Source: a virus. Taken from it: DNA of 64,000 nt. The notes beneath the pieces were generated by a model. The model was given only the letters and a program-made list of their open reading frames with translations. It was not told the origin of the DNA and did not search any database. Positions 1 to 9,583 of this stretch are shown in pieces (the stretch's first letter is position 1; each line of letters begins with the position of its first letter). The stretch lies in IMG/VR virus record IMGVR_UViG_3300043403_000102, positions 1-64,000 of that record, one strand, 5' to 3'. Made by a program: the position numbers and the translations under genes.

Positions 1-1020
1 GTCTGGTGGGGTCAGGCTCCGCACAACACAAACGGGTTCCAGCGTCAGGGTGGCGCCCCCAGGAGACCCCGTGCGGCCTTGCTGAAGATGCCTCCCCCCG
101 CAGACATAGTAATAAAACGGGCGGTCTTGTGTGGCGGGGGCTGCGGAACCGAAGGGGTCAGCCGACGTGTCTTCAACACACAACGGGAAGGGCCCAGAGA
201 ATACGGGGCCACCGCCGTGAAACGCGATGATCTCGCCGTCGATGATCACTTTGTTGACCGGGCGACCACGAGGGGGGAGAGGTGTTTGAAAGCCGATCCC
301 GCCGGTGTACCCAATCCAACACCCTTGGAGGATGCCGTGAGACGTGCTGCCATAGTTCTCAACCCGACGGAACACCTGGCGAGACGTTGCGAACTCGGCA
401 GAGCTAAGGGCGGCGGCGGGGATAAGAACCTCGAACAGTGTGACCTGGCCAACACCAGGAGGGGGAGCAAGGGGGCCCGGGTAAACCGTCCCCGATGGGG
501 TACCTGTGATGACTTGAATCGTGCACTGGGGGTCTTTTCGCTTGGGGACGATCTGAGCCGCCACCGTTCGCGCGATTGGGTCCAGCAAGATGTTCCTGCT
601 CTGCAGGTCCGTGTCGACCGTGCCGTCCGTCATGACAACGATGTCAATGCGGGGGTTGGTCGGGTCGGGGGCCGCAAAGGTCACCGTGCCCCCGCCGTAG
701 CGGAAAACCTTGTAGGAGCTGACCTCGTTGTTCAGGCCCGAGCCCGTGACGCCGTCGTCGAGCAATATCTGAAACTGCCCGAGCGTCATCTGGAACGCCC
801 CCGACGCTACCAGGGTGGGGAGCAGCGTCGCCCCAGGTCCCGGGCGATTGCCCTTGGTCGAGCCGAAGTCGGTAGCGTAATCCGCAGCATCATCCGAGCG
901 GGCCTCATCACGGGCCTGGTCGAGGATCTGGGTCTGGGAGACCGTCTCCATCCGAACCAAATCGGAGGACAGGACCTCTTCGCGCGCGTTTTCGATGACG
1001 ATGGAAAAATTGTCGGCCAT
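1..1020 (-). CDS. Tail fibre / baseplate-associated structural protein (partial, runs off left end)
   Basis: Not in the ORF track (no stop in window). Manual translation from ATG at 1020: MADNFSIVIENAREEVLSSDLVRMET...AAPDPTNPRIDIVV; PxPxNPRIDxV is typical of tail-fibre N-termini; lies after the baseplate genes. Confidence 0.65.
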   Translation of the reverse strand, partial: MADNFSIVIENAREEVLSSDLVRMETVSQTQILDQARDEARSDDAADYATDFGSTKGNRPGPGATLLPTLVASGAFQMTLGQFQILLDDGVTGSGLNNEVSSYKVFRYGGGTVTFAAPDPTNPRIDIVVMTDGTVDTDLQSRNILLDPIARTVAAQIVPKRKDPQCTIQVITGTPSGTVYPGPLAPPPGVGQVTLFEVLIPAAALSSAEFATSRQVFRRVENYGSTSHGILQGCWIGYTGGIGFQTPLPPRGRPVNKVIIDGEIIAFHGGGPVFSGPFPLCVEDTSADPFGSAAPATQDRPFYYYVCGGRHLQQGRTGSPGGATLTLEPVCVVRSLTPPD

Positions 1021-1039
1021 GGCTGAATGATACCCCCGA

Positions 1040-2512
1040 TTACGTGGTTACCGTCAGGACACGCGCCTGGCAGTAGAAATTGACGGGCAGCACCCCGTCG
1101 CTGGAAACAAAGAGATCGATCTGAGTTATGCGCTTGCTGATAGGCATCCCGGCTTCCGCCAGGCGCCAGAGGCTCCAATAGTCCGTCTCCCGCGAGTCGG
1201 AGCTTGGCGTGAAGAACGTCGAGGTGTCCTCGAACGTGAAGCGAATCGTGTGAAAGAACGGAGCATTCCAGCCCGTGACGAGCGGGGCCAGGGTGCTCAC
1301 GTCGTAGACTTGACTCGCTTCGGCATCCACCAACATCCAGACCGTCCCAACTGTCGGGGCGAATGTCAGGAGAAGTGTCAGGCCCGCCGATGAGGTAGTC
1401 CCTACCTGAGCCAACGTCTGGGCCACCGGCAGCACGAGGTCGAACTGAACCGCGGCCGCCCGCTTTCGGTTCGCCTCCTCCCATATCGACATGAGTGCCG
1501 AGATGACTGCGGGGTGCTGCCCGAGGTCGGTATACCCGAAGACAAAGTCATCCAGGTACCCCGAGTCACAGAACAGCACCTGGTCGTCGGGCATTCGGAT
1601 CGCCGAAGGTGTGTCGAGCTCGAAATAGGCCGTGGCCATGCGCCGATCGACCAACATCCGGGTCCGGTCGTCGAGGAAGTCCTCTCCCGGGCTATCCGCG
1701 GCGGGGGTGATACCGGAGGCAAACACGGGGTCGAAATACCCTAGGTTGTAGGCCGCTTGGGTCGCGGCGTCTGCACCGTCTCGGAAGGGTTCCAGCACCA
1801 TGATGGGCGCGATACCGACTCGGATCCCTGCCCCGTTCACGCTCGTCGAGATTGCTTTGGGAGACACCGTGTCCGGGATGTTCCGAACCCGCAGCCGGTA
1901 ATCCTCTTCCAGTTCCCCCGCTTGGCGCTGAACCCCGCGCTCATTCCCCAGCACCGAGAGCCAGTCGTAAGTCGATTGGGTGATGTCCGTCGACGAGGCC
2001 ACGACCGTGTTGACCGTGGTTCCTGGGGGACCGAGAACGACGTTCGCCGCCCCGTCCGTAATGATTGGAGCCCCTGCCGTCGAGGCCGCCGAGCCGGTGA
2101 TGCCCGCGACGAAAGCGTCCTGCGCGAACGTGTTCACGGTCTCTGCAAACGCGAGCGTTTGAATGGGCAGCACAAAGGTCGCCGTCCCCGCCGGGACCGT
2201 GATGCTGGCCGTGACCCGAAGCTCCGTGCCCTTGGAGGACAGAAACGGGTAGCCTGCCGGGATGGTGACCGCCGTGGCAAACACCGACCGCGTGAGGGTG
2301 ATGTAAGCCACCCCAGGACGCCCGCCAGCAGCCAGGGAGATGATCGCGCTCTCGCACCCCGCAATCGTGTCGGCTGCCGCCTCGGCCCCCATATCGAAGA
2401 GGGCGTTGAGCACGGCCTGTCCCGTGGTGGTGTCGAGCAACCCATCGAGCCACTCCGCGGACGTGGTCCGTTGGAGAAGCTCAAGGAAGTCGGCTTGGAC
2501 GAGGGCGGGCAT
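1040..2512 (-). CDS. Baseplate wedge protein
   Basis: 490 aa directly after baseplate J; WLSVLGNERGVQRQAGELEEDYRLRV matches the LD..G..RG..R..GE.D..YR.R wedge motif. Confidence 0.7.
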   Translation of the reverse strand: MPALVQADFLELLQRTTSAEWLDGLLDTTTGQAVLNALFDMGAEAAADTIAGCESAIISLAAGGRPGVAYITLTRSVFATAVTIPAGYPFLSSKGTELRVTASITVPAGTATFVLPIQTLAFAETVNTFAQDAFVAGITGSAASTAGAPIITDGAANVVLGPPGTTVNTVVASSTDITQSTYDWLSVLGNERGVQRQAGELEEDYRLRVRNIPDTVSPKAISTSVNGAGIRVGIAPIMVLEPFRDGADAATQAAYNLGYFDPVFASGITPAADSPGEDFLDDRTRMLVDRRMATAYFELDTPSAIRMPDDQVLFCDSGYLDDFVFGYTDLGQHPAVISALMSIWEEANRKRAAAVQFDLVLPVAQTLAQVGTTSSAGLTLLLTFAPTVGTVWMLVDAEASQVYDVSTLAPLVTGWNAPFFHTIRFTFEDTSTFFTPSSDSRETDYWSLWRLAEAGMPISKRITQIDLFVSSDGVLPVNFYCQARVLTVTT

Positions 2513-2519
2513 CGGTCCT

Positions 2520-3632
2520 TTATCCGACCGTGAAGCTGACGTCTATGGGGCGAACTCGGATCACTTCTTCGATGGTCGCCGGATAAACGTCACCAGCCGG
2601 TGACGCCAGGGCCTGGTCGTTGATGATGGCGCCTGGCACGGTCTGAGCCGCCGTGATGAGACGAGAGCGGAAAAGTGGGTCCCCGGGGGCCAAGAACGTC
2701 GACACCGCCGAGGTCACGGCTCGGAGCTGCTCAATCACCAAGGCCTGGTCTACACCAGTCACGAACGCGATGTTCCGCCAGACCACGGGCTGAAAGACCG
2801 GCAGGCCCCCGGTAACTTGGACCGGGATTCCCGCCGCGCGATACGTGACGAGGATGTTCCGAACGTCGGTCAGCATCTGCAAAGATGCGTTCCCGTCACG
2901 GTCCCCGACCACAAGCTGGACCAAACCAGCCGGAAGCCCGGAGGGGTTCTCCGCTTCGATTGCCGTGGCCACCGCGACCCCGGGCACCTGCAGGGCCCCG
3001 AACTCGATGGCCCCCAAAGTCCCCCGGCGAATCGTTGGGAAGAAGTTCCTCACACGCCCGCGGAACTGGGTGTCGGTCTCGGCGACCGTCCCACCGGCGG
3101 CTCCCTCCGAGTTCGTCACCAGCAAGGACGTATCGAGGGGATTGTCCACGAACGCCGTCAACGTCGACACCGAGGTGTTGCTGCTCGGGCCCGCCACGAG
3201 CGCGGTGGCAAACACGGTCACGCTCAACGTGAGGGCCCCGAACACGGCGTCCGTGTTGGTTGCGAACTGAATACCCCCGGCCGTCTGGACCCGCCCGCCT
3301 GCCGGGTACGTGAAGGCGCCATAGGCTGCCGTCGGTCGGGACAGCACAAGGGTCACGGTCGCCGGGGTCGCGGGGAACCGGGAGAGGCTGAAGCGGTCGA
3401 ACACCACGCGGTCGAGCCCCGGGCCGACGGCGGTCTCGCTGAACGTGTCCCGAGCACAGGAGGCTTGAGCCACCATGATGGCTTCCGCGATCACGGCCAT
3501 CGCCCCGACGATGAGGTTCGCGTCTGAACCCGGGAGGTCTACAACCCCCGGGTTAATACGCTGCCCGGGCGTGTTGACGATGGACCGGCGACCGATCCTG
3601 AAGAAGTCATTTCTGAGGGGCAAATTTCCCAC
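2520..3632 (-). CDS. Baseplate J/gp47-like protein
   Basis: ETAVGPGLD, GGTVAETDTQFRGR, RRGTLGAIEFGALQVPGV are Baseplate_J motifs. Confidence 0.9.
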   Translation of the reverse strand: MGNLPLRNDFFRIGRRSIVNTPGQRINPGVVDLPGSDANLIVGAMAVIAEAIMVAQASCARDTFSETAVGPGLDRVVFDRFSLSRFPATPATVTLVLSRPTAAYGAFTYPAGGRVQTAGGIQFATNTDAVFGALTLSVTVFATALVAGPSSNTSVSTLTAFVDNPLDTSLLVTNSEGAAGGTVAETDTQFRGRVRNFFPTIRRGTLGAIEFGALQVPGVAVATAIEAENPSGLPAGLVQLVVGDRDGNASLQMLTDVRNILVTYRAAGIPVQVTGGLPVFQPVVWRNIAFVTGVDQALVIEQLRAVTSAVSTFLAPGDPLFRSRLITAAQTVPGAIINDQALASPAGDVYPATIEEVIRVRPIDVSFTVG

Positions 3633-3689
3633 GGCTAATCCTGATTCCTTGGGGGATTCTTTCGACCATGCCTAAAGGAGTCCACGGGG

Positions 3690-4529
3690 TCAGGCTACCA
3701 TGATGACGCCGGTCCCGGTGTCGCTTTGGAGGTTGACCTCGACGAAGGCCCCGCGCTTGGTCGTGATTTTAAGCTGCACCGAGAGGTATCCGTTAGCATT
3801 GAGCTCCAGCTTCGGAAGCACCGTCGCGGTCTCGGGCTCTTGGGATACCTGCCGCACGATGTCGAGACTCAGCTCCCCGAGCTTCCGCGTCGACATGGGA
3901 CGCTTGAGCGGGACCGAGACCCCGTAATCGGGCAGCCACGAGAAAGCGCCCTTGCTGGTGACGAGCCTTCGGATGATTCGCTTTTTGTATCCCGACTGGT
4001 CGGACTGGTTCGCGATGTCGCCCCCTTGGTCCACTGAGTACCCTCCGGTCACTGGGTCGCTGGCGATGTCGACGAGTCCCCGCTGCCCCGTAGGCAGGAA
4101 GGGTTCTTGGAGCTTGATGATGCCGCTGAACGGCTGGGAGTAGGGAGATCCGAGAGCCCCGCCCGCCTTGGCCACGAGCCGCTTGACCGTGACCTGATAC
4201 TGAAGGCCCACGATGAGCTGGCGGTCTGTCTGGATGTCGAAAGCGCGCTCGTCACCGGCGAACACCGCGAGGGTGGGTCCCGTGACCATGTTCTCTTTCA
4301 CCCCAATGACTTGGGGCTTGACGCCCTGCCCAGAGGTGATCGTGATGTCGTAGTTCCCAGGGTTGAGGGCGTCGTTGACCCCTGCCGAGGTCAGGTGAAA
4401 GGGCTCCTCATCGAAGACCACCCGAACGGTCTGCCCTTCGATGGCGCGGGCCCGCACGACGTAAAGGGGGCCTCCACTGCCTAAAGGATCGCCCCAACTT
4501 TCGCCCCCGAAACCATACATCGTGGCCAT
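3690..4529 (-). CDS. Baseplate gp25/gpW-like protein with N-terminal Ig-like domain
   Basis: C-terminal RRLVTSKGAFSWLPDYG (gp25-like TxxGxxxxxPDYG); N-terminal beta-rich VRVVFDE..NPGNYDI; start placed at ATG 4529. Confidence 0.7.
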   Translation of the reverse strand: MATMYGFGGESWGDPLGSGGPLYVVRARAIEGQTVRVVFDEEPFHLTSAGVNDALNPGNYDITITSGQGVKPQVIGVKENMVTGPTLAVFAGDERAFDIQTDRQLIVGLQYQVTVKRLVAKAGGALGSPYSQPFSGIIKLQEPFLPTGQRGLVDIASDPVTGGYSVDQGGDIANQSDQSGYKKRIIRRLVTSKGAFSWLPDYGVSVPLKRPMSTRKLGELSLDIVRQVSQEPETATVLPKLELNANGYLSVQLKITTKRGAFVEVNLQSDTGTGVIMVA

Positions 4530-5101
4530 TAAATTGCCCCCCAGCAAGAACCATTGAGGATTCGAGTTAGCTGCGTCCTACTAACCCCGAAAGCCTCAAT
4601 CAAGGCAACACGCTTTGCGCCGAAGGCCCGCAGCGAGCGCATATCAATTACTTCGCTCTCGGTGAACTTGGCGCCGTTATTTCGCGCCCCCGCACGAGAC
4701 CTCCCCTTTTTAACCATGTCCCGCGCGTTATCTTGCACAGTCCCCAAAAACAAATGGTCCGGGTTCACGCAAGCCGGAGTATCGCATTTGTGGCAAACGA
4801 ACATGCGCGCCTCGATGGGTCCATGCAGGTGTTCCCACACAACACGGGTTACCCGAAAATTAACATCGCGGATTGAGATATTGCCGTAACCGTTCTTGTC
4901 CACGGACCTGCCCCGCCAAAGCCAGCAAGTCGGGGTCTTCTCCACCTGTTCCCAGATTCTTTCCATAACTGGACGCCCATGTCCCACGATGGAGCGCATA
5001 GGGCCCTTCCCTCGGTATTTTTGATGCTGGTGCCCCCAACATAGGTGAAACCCACCACCGCGGGGTCTATCACATTCCTTAAATGTACAGAGGGTGGCCA
5101 T
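4529..5101 (-). CDS. HNH homing endonuclease
   Basis: CWLWRG..GYG..VCHKCDTPACVNPDHLFLGTVQDNARD, C-terminal HTH; AT-richer than neighbours. Confidence 0.92.
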   Translation of the reverse strand: MATLCTFKECDRPRGGGFHLCWGHQHQKYRGKGPMRSIVGHGRPVMERIWEQVEKTPTCWLWRGRSVDKNGYGNISIRDVNFRVTRVVWEHLHGPIEARMFVCHKCDTPACVNPDHLFLGTVQDNARDMVKKGRSRAGARNNGAKFTESEVIDMRSLRAFGAKRVALIEAFGVSRTQLTRILNGSCWGAI

Positions 5102-5110
5102 GTGTCCATC

Positions 5111-5578
5111 CTATCCAATAGGGGCGTTACAAGGCAAACCCGTGACGACGGTCGAAGTCCAGGCATGGATGATGCTTGCATGCGCGTTCACGGCCACGTT
5201 GACGTCATCCAAAAGCGGGGAGCCGGACCACTGTGCTTGGAGGGCTGTTGAGAGAGTTGGGGTACCCGGTAGGGCTACCGCCGTGCCGGTGAACGCGAAC
5301 CCGGTCCACCACGCGATGAAGGCGGCCTGCATCCCGTTGGCGGTCGCGGCGGTGGCGAATCCGGTCATGGCAGCCTCCATGATGGGGGTGAACCTTGCCT
5401 TGGCCGCGTCAATCTGGCCGGGCCCGGGGGGTGTGCCGCAGCCCAGCGCATCCTCGGCATAAATCCCGTAGGCATCGGCCCAGGCTTGCGCCGTGGCGGC
5501 CCTTGTGGCGTTGGGGGTAGTTGGGGCCCAGACCAGCGCCAAAAGCTCGTCCTGAAGCACGGTAAGCGATCTGGGCAT
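5111..5578 (-). CDS. Hypothetical baseplate-region protein (possible spike tip)
   Basis: 155 aa, in-operon directly after the spike gene. Confidence 0.5.
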   Translation of the reverse strand: MPRSLTVLQDELLALVWAPTTPNATRAATAQAWADAYGIYAEDALGCGTPPGPGQIDAAKARFTPIMEAAMTGFATAATANGMQAAFIAWWTGFAFTGTAVALPGTPTLSTALQAQWSGSPLLDDVNVAVNAHASIIHAWTSTVVTGLPCNAPIG

Positions 5579-5582
5579 GGGT

Positions 5583-6287
5583 TCAACGGCTCGGCGGGGT
5601 CTTCTTCCCGAAAATAAAATCGGAAAGTTGGGTCGGCTGGTTGGTCTTGAAAAGGTCGATGGCCGTGGTCAGGATGGCCGACGGGGAGATGGGCCCGACG
5701 GGAGAGGGGCGCACGTCGTTCTTCAGTGCGTCGAGCAAGGCGCCTATCTCGGAGGTGTAGGTGTTCCCCAAGACAAAGGGCTCGTTCGAGGTCTCGTCCC
5801 CTAGGCGCACCGCCGTGGCGTTGACTTCGACGGGTACCGACTGACCCCAGACGAAGATCCTGTCGTTCTTGAAGACGGGCTTGCGGTCCGCTCCCAGGGG
5901 AACGGGGACGGCGGCCGAGTGCAGGATGGCCACAATGGTGGGGGGTCCGGAGAAGTCCCCATCGGGGAGACAGACCAGCACGCGGTCCCCTGGGTGAATC
6001 GGGGCCAGGATTGTTGAGGAGACCCCGCCCGCGATCCCGGCATAGTGACAGGTGCAGGCGATGCCTGAGGGTTCGAGGATGACGTCGACCTCGACGCCCT
6101 CGGGGCCGATGTAGATTGCGTGGGTGTCGGTGTAGCTGACCTCGCCCTTGTCCCCGACGGTGCCCACGGTGCCGTAGCTGACCCAGTGGCGGGGGTCGAT
6201 GCCGGGGGTCCGAAGGGACTCGGCCAGCCGTCGGGTGTCCAGCCCCGAACGAGTGACCGTGCCTGAGCCATGCGCGCGGGGCTTCAT
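5583..6287 (-). CDS. Baseplate spike (gpV/gp45-like OB-fold)
   Basis: APIHPGDRVLVCLPDGD..PTIVA motif and C-terminal EPFVLGN; position after the hub. Confidence 0.75.
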   Translation of the reverse strand: MKPRAHGSGTVTRSGLDTRRLAESLRTPGIDPRHWVSYGTVGTVGDKGEVSYTDTHAIYIGPEGVEVDVILEPSGIACTCHYAGIAGGVSSTILAPIHPGDRVLVCLPDGDFSGPPTIVAILHSAAVPVPLGADRKPVFKNDRIFVWGQSVPVEVNATAVRLGDETSNEPFVLGNTYTSEIGALLDALKNDVRPSPVGPISPSAILTTAIDLFKTNQPTQLSDFIFGKKTPPSR

Positions 6288-8404
6288 CGTTTGTTCTCCG
6301 TGGCATTGACGGCCCGTTCGACCGCGCCCTCAATCTTGGCCTGGTTCTTTGCCGCCGGGGTCTTGACCCGAGGGTGGGGCTTGCGGGCTTCGTTGGCCGT
6401 GTGGTCCGCCTTGTTCAGGTTCTTCGGGTCGGCACGGGCCGTGAGGTAATTGACCAGCTCCAAGGTGGCCGACCAGCCATCAGTGACGGTGAACTTGTGG
6501 GCAATGGTCCGGCAGTAGAACACGTCATTGATCTTGGCCGACGAGATGGACTTCACGATCCTGTCCGCCATCTGCTCGGGCGAGCCGGTGACTGCAAACC
6601 CGGCCCGATCGGGCTGGGTCCGGTTCCGCTGGTCAATCAAGAGTTTCTTGAGCGCTTCGCCGCGCTTCTCGAAGACCTCAGACAGTGACGTGATGATGAG
6701 GCCCTCGGGAGCCACGGGGTTCGTCACTTGTCGAGCGACGGCCACACGGCACGGAGATCCGGGCCGGAGCTTCAGCATGTCGGGGTTGTCGTTGCCCGCA
6801 ACCCCAGTGGCGGGGTCGATGTAGCTGGACATGTCGTTCGTCTCAATCGAGACGGACATCTCTTGCCGGGACATCGAGTGGTAAAGGCCGACGGCGATTT
6901 GCTTGAGCATGTCAGGGTCTCGGATCCCCCGAACCACCCTGACCTGAAGCTCCTGGGTCTTGGCCTCCCCTTTGTGACCTATGCGGGAGGCGACCTTGGC
7001 CGTGGGGAACCGAACGACCAACGTGCGCTCGGAAGCCTTGGCATCAGGGTTGTAACTCCGCACCTCAACCCCCTGGACCTTCACGCGGCCGAGCTTGCGC
7101 GAGGTCTTGAAGGACTTGATGTTCTTGCCCCAGATCATGAACCGGATGTCCGAGTTCACCGTCTGAACGGTCTCGGAGTCCAGCGGCACGCTGAAGTTCC
7201 GGTTGAAACCGTCTTGAGCACCACCTTCAATTTTGTACCCCTCGTCGATGTTCTCGAACATCGTCTGGGGCGGACGCAGCAAGAGGAAGTCACCCGCGTT
7301 CCCCAACGGCGCGCCCTCGGGCCCCAGTGGCGCGGGCAGAGAAGGGTCGTAAGTCGGGAGGCACCCCGCAAGCTCGCAGGCCTGCGTGATGAGGTCCCAA
7401 ACTGACATCTCTTGCCCCGAGGCCCCGGGAGCGGCTGGAGGCATCCCGGGCGCTCCTGGCGTGGCCCCGACGGATGAGCCGGGTTCTCCCCCGCCTTCTG
7501 TCGGGGGGGCCGCGACGACCTGCTGACCGCCGTTGGCTTGAACGCGGGACTTGGCCGATTGGAGGGACCTCAGAAGCGACTTGCGGTCAAGCGATGGCTC
7601 GACGGTCGAGGGGCTCCCGTACCAAACCGCTTTGAGCTGGCTCGTCCCGGACTGGCGGCCCGAGGTCGCCGGAAGCTGACCCAGGATGCGATTGATGTAC
7701 GTGCTGATTTTCTCCGCCCCTCCCGCGCCCGTGATTCGGTAGGCGGGGGCCTTGGCATTGATCTTGGCGTCGATGAGGATCGCTTCCATGCTGCGGGCCT
7801 GAATCGACACGGTGGCATCGCCGTCCGTGTGGTTTGTTTCCCAGGAGTCCGCGTAGCCACGGAATACGATTACGGCCCGGTCTCGGCGCAGGCGCCAGTG
7901 GTCCGCGGTGGCGAAGTCCTCCGGCGGCACCGTCCCAATCCAAACCTCGATGAGGGCCGCGCGGATGATGTCGCTGATGAGCGGGGCGTCGATGAACGGG
8001 ATGATGGCGTTCATCGTGTCGGCCATCCGAAACGAGTTCATCTCGACGTTGAGATCGACGGGTACCGTGTACAGGTCGACGCTGTACTGGTCACCCGCCC
8101 CCTCCTCCTGGCCCCTCGCGGTGGGGGGCTGCGACTGGAGTTTTTTTCTCGCCGCGCGGCGCTGCTTGATCTTTTGCCTAAGGGCCGCCGCCTGGTCCGC
8201 GGTCCCTTGGTCGTTGGACGCCGAGATCTCAGCCAGGTCGCTGTTCAGGGTCTTGAGCTCTTTGTCGAGCTTTTCGATCTGGTCATTGTAGGGCGCACCC
8301 TCGCTGGGGAGGTTGGGGTCGTCCTCCTTGGTGAAGTCCTCCAAACGGATCTGAATCCGCAGGAACGCAGAGGGGCGGTAGACGTTGGGGGCCGAGCCAG
8401 CCAT
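6284..8404 (-). CDS. Baseplate hub (gp44/gpD-like)
   Basis: IVFRGYADSW..VSIQARSMEAILID; position between LysM tail protein and spike. Confidence 0.7.
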   Translation of the reverse strand: MAGSAPNVYRPSAFLRIQIRLEDFTKEDDPNLPSEGAPYNDQIEKLDKELKTLNSDLAEISASNDQGTADQAAALRQKIKQRRAARKKLQSQPPTARGQEEGAGDQYSVDLYTVPVDLNVEMNSFRMADTMNAIIPFIDAPLISDIIRAALIEVWIGTVPPEDFATADHWRLRRDRAVIVFRGYADSWETNHTDGDATVSIQARSMEAILIDAKINAKAPAYRITGAGGAEKISTYINRILGQLPATSGRQSGTSQLKAVWYGSPSTVEPSLDRKSLLRSLQSAKSRVQANGGQQVVAAPPTEGGGEPGSSVGATPGAPGMPPAAPGASGQEMSVWDLITQACELAGCLPTYDPSLPAPLGPEGAPLGNAGDFLLLRPPQTMFENIDEGYKIEGGAQDGFNRNFSVPLDSETVQTVNSDIRFMIWGKNIKSFKTSRKLGRVKVQGVEVRSYNPDAKASERTLVVRFPTAKVASRIGHKGEAKTQELQVRVVRGIRDPDMLKQIAVGLYHSMSRQEMSVSIETNDMSSYIDPATGVAGNDNPDMLKLRPGSPCRVAVARQVTNPVAPEGLIITSLSEVFEKRGEALKKLLIDQRNRTQPDRAGFAVTGSPEQMADRIVKSISSAKINDVFYCRTIAHKFTVTDGWSATLELVNYLTARADPKNLNKADHTANEARKPHPRVKTPAAKNQAKIEGAVERAVNATENKR

Positions 8405-8407
8405 CCG

Positions 8408-9580
8408 TCAGCACTCCGGCCGCGAGACGCCCATGACGCCCGCCGTCTGTTGGGGGATTCTGAGCGTGGCAGAAGACACCCCGCCGCTCACCGCATTCAC
8501 CGGCATGTCGCTCGGGCCCGTGGGGAGCGTGGGCATCTTAGACCCGTCGAGGCCGTTCTCGTTGGCGATGAGGTACCAGAGGTCGGGGTTGCCGTAGTAC
8601 TTCGTTGCGATGTCCCGCAAGTCGGTACCCGGCTGAACTTGGATCTCGTCCAAGATGGTGGGCTTCTGCTGCTTGGCCATCGCGGCATCCAAGTTGACGG
8701 CGGCCTCGGCGGCCGTGTCGTTGGTCTGAAGGATTCTATAAATCATGTTCAGGTAATCCAGCCAGCCGAGGGCAGAGTTGCCCCGAAGGATCTGCTGGAG
8801 GTCGAGCCCCGTAAAGACATCCGAAGAGTGCCGAATGGCCGCGGCCCCCTCGATAGCCACGCTCCGCGCACGGGAAATTATGTTCCCTGGGATCTCGCTG
8901 TTCTCCCCGATGGTATCCGTTGCGGTCTCCAGCCATATGATGCCATTGGCCATCGTGGTCTGTACGGCATCCAAAGCCGCCTCGACCTGCTGGGGCAGCC
9001 CCATCAACTGAGTGATGAAGCTCTCTTGCCAGGCATCGTTGACGTCCGCGACGTTCCCGAACTGAACTCGTGTGTGGTCGAACCCATCTCGCGCCGTAAT
9101 CACCGGGGCTTGGGTCAGAGCGGACACAGCCGAGTCGTCTCGCCCGTTCAACTCGAAGGTCATCTCCCACGTCACGTCCTGCGGACGGTCGTAGGTCTGC
9201 TTGAACGTCTTGAGGTACCCGGTTCGCACGAGGGGGCCGACCCCAAACTCCGACGCTCCCCAGGACAGACGGACCCGCAGGCCCGCGCGGTTCAGGGCAT
9301 CGAACCGGTCGCAGAGGCGGCGGGCGGTGCCGTTGCCGAGGAAGATGTCCTTCCACATCCCCGTGATGGTGAGGGCCTTGTCGACGGGCCCCATGAGCTG
9401 CTGAGTCCCGACGGGGTTCCCCGGGTAATAGGTCGTGGTCCCGCGTTGCTCCGTCTCCCAGGCCACGGCCCGGTAGGGGAGGGCGCGTCCAAGGAGGTCG
9501 AAGTCCCCGGCGTCCGTGTTGGCCGTGGGACCTTCGAGGACCGTAATGCGAAAGGGCTGTGCTTGAGTTTCAGCGGCCAT
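8408..9580 (-). CDS. Tail tube initiator / gpU-gpX-like protein with C-terminal LysM domain
   Basis: VQPGTDLRDIATKYYGNPDLWYLIANENGL (LysM/gpX); follows the tape measure. Confidence 0.8.
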   Translation of the reverse strand: MAAETQAQPFRITVLEGPTANTDAGDFDLLGRALPYRAVAWETEQRGTTTYYPGNPVGTQQLMGPVDKALTITGMWKDIFLGNGTARRLCDRFDALNRAGLRVRLSWGASEFGVGPLVRTGYLKTFKQTYDRPQDVTWEMTFELNGRDDSAVSALTQAPVITARDGFDHTRVQFGNVADVNDAWQESFITQLMGLPQQVEAALDAVQTTMANGIIWLETATDTIGENSEIPGNIISRARSVAIEGAAAIRHSSDVFTGLDLQQILRGNSALGWLDYLNMIYRILQTNDTAAEAAVNLDAAMAKQQKPTILDEIQVQPGTDLRDIATKYYGNPDLWYLIANENGLDGSKMPTLPTGPSDMPVNAVSGGVSSATLRIPQQTAGVMGVSRPEC

Positions 9581-9583
9581 GAT

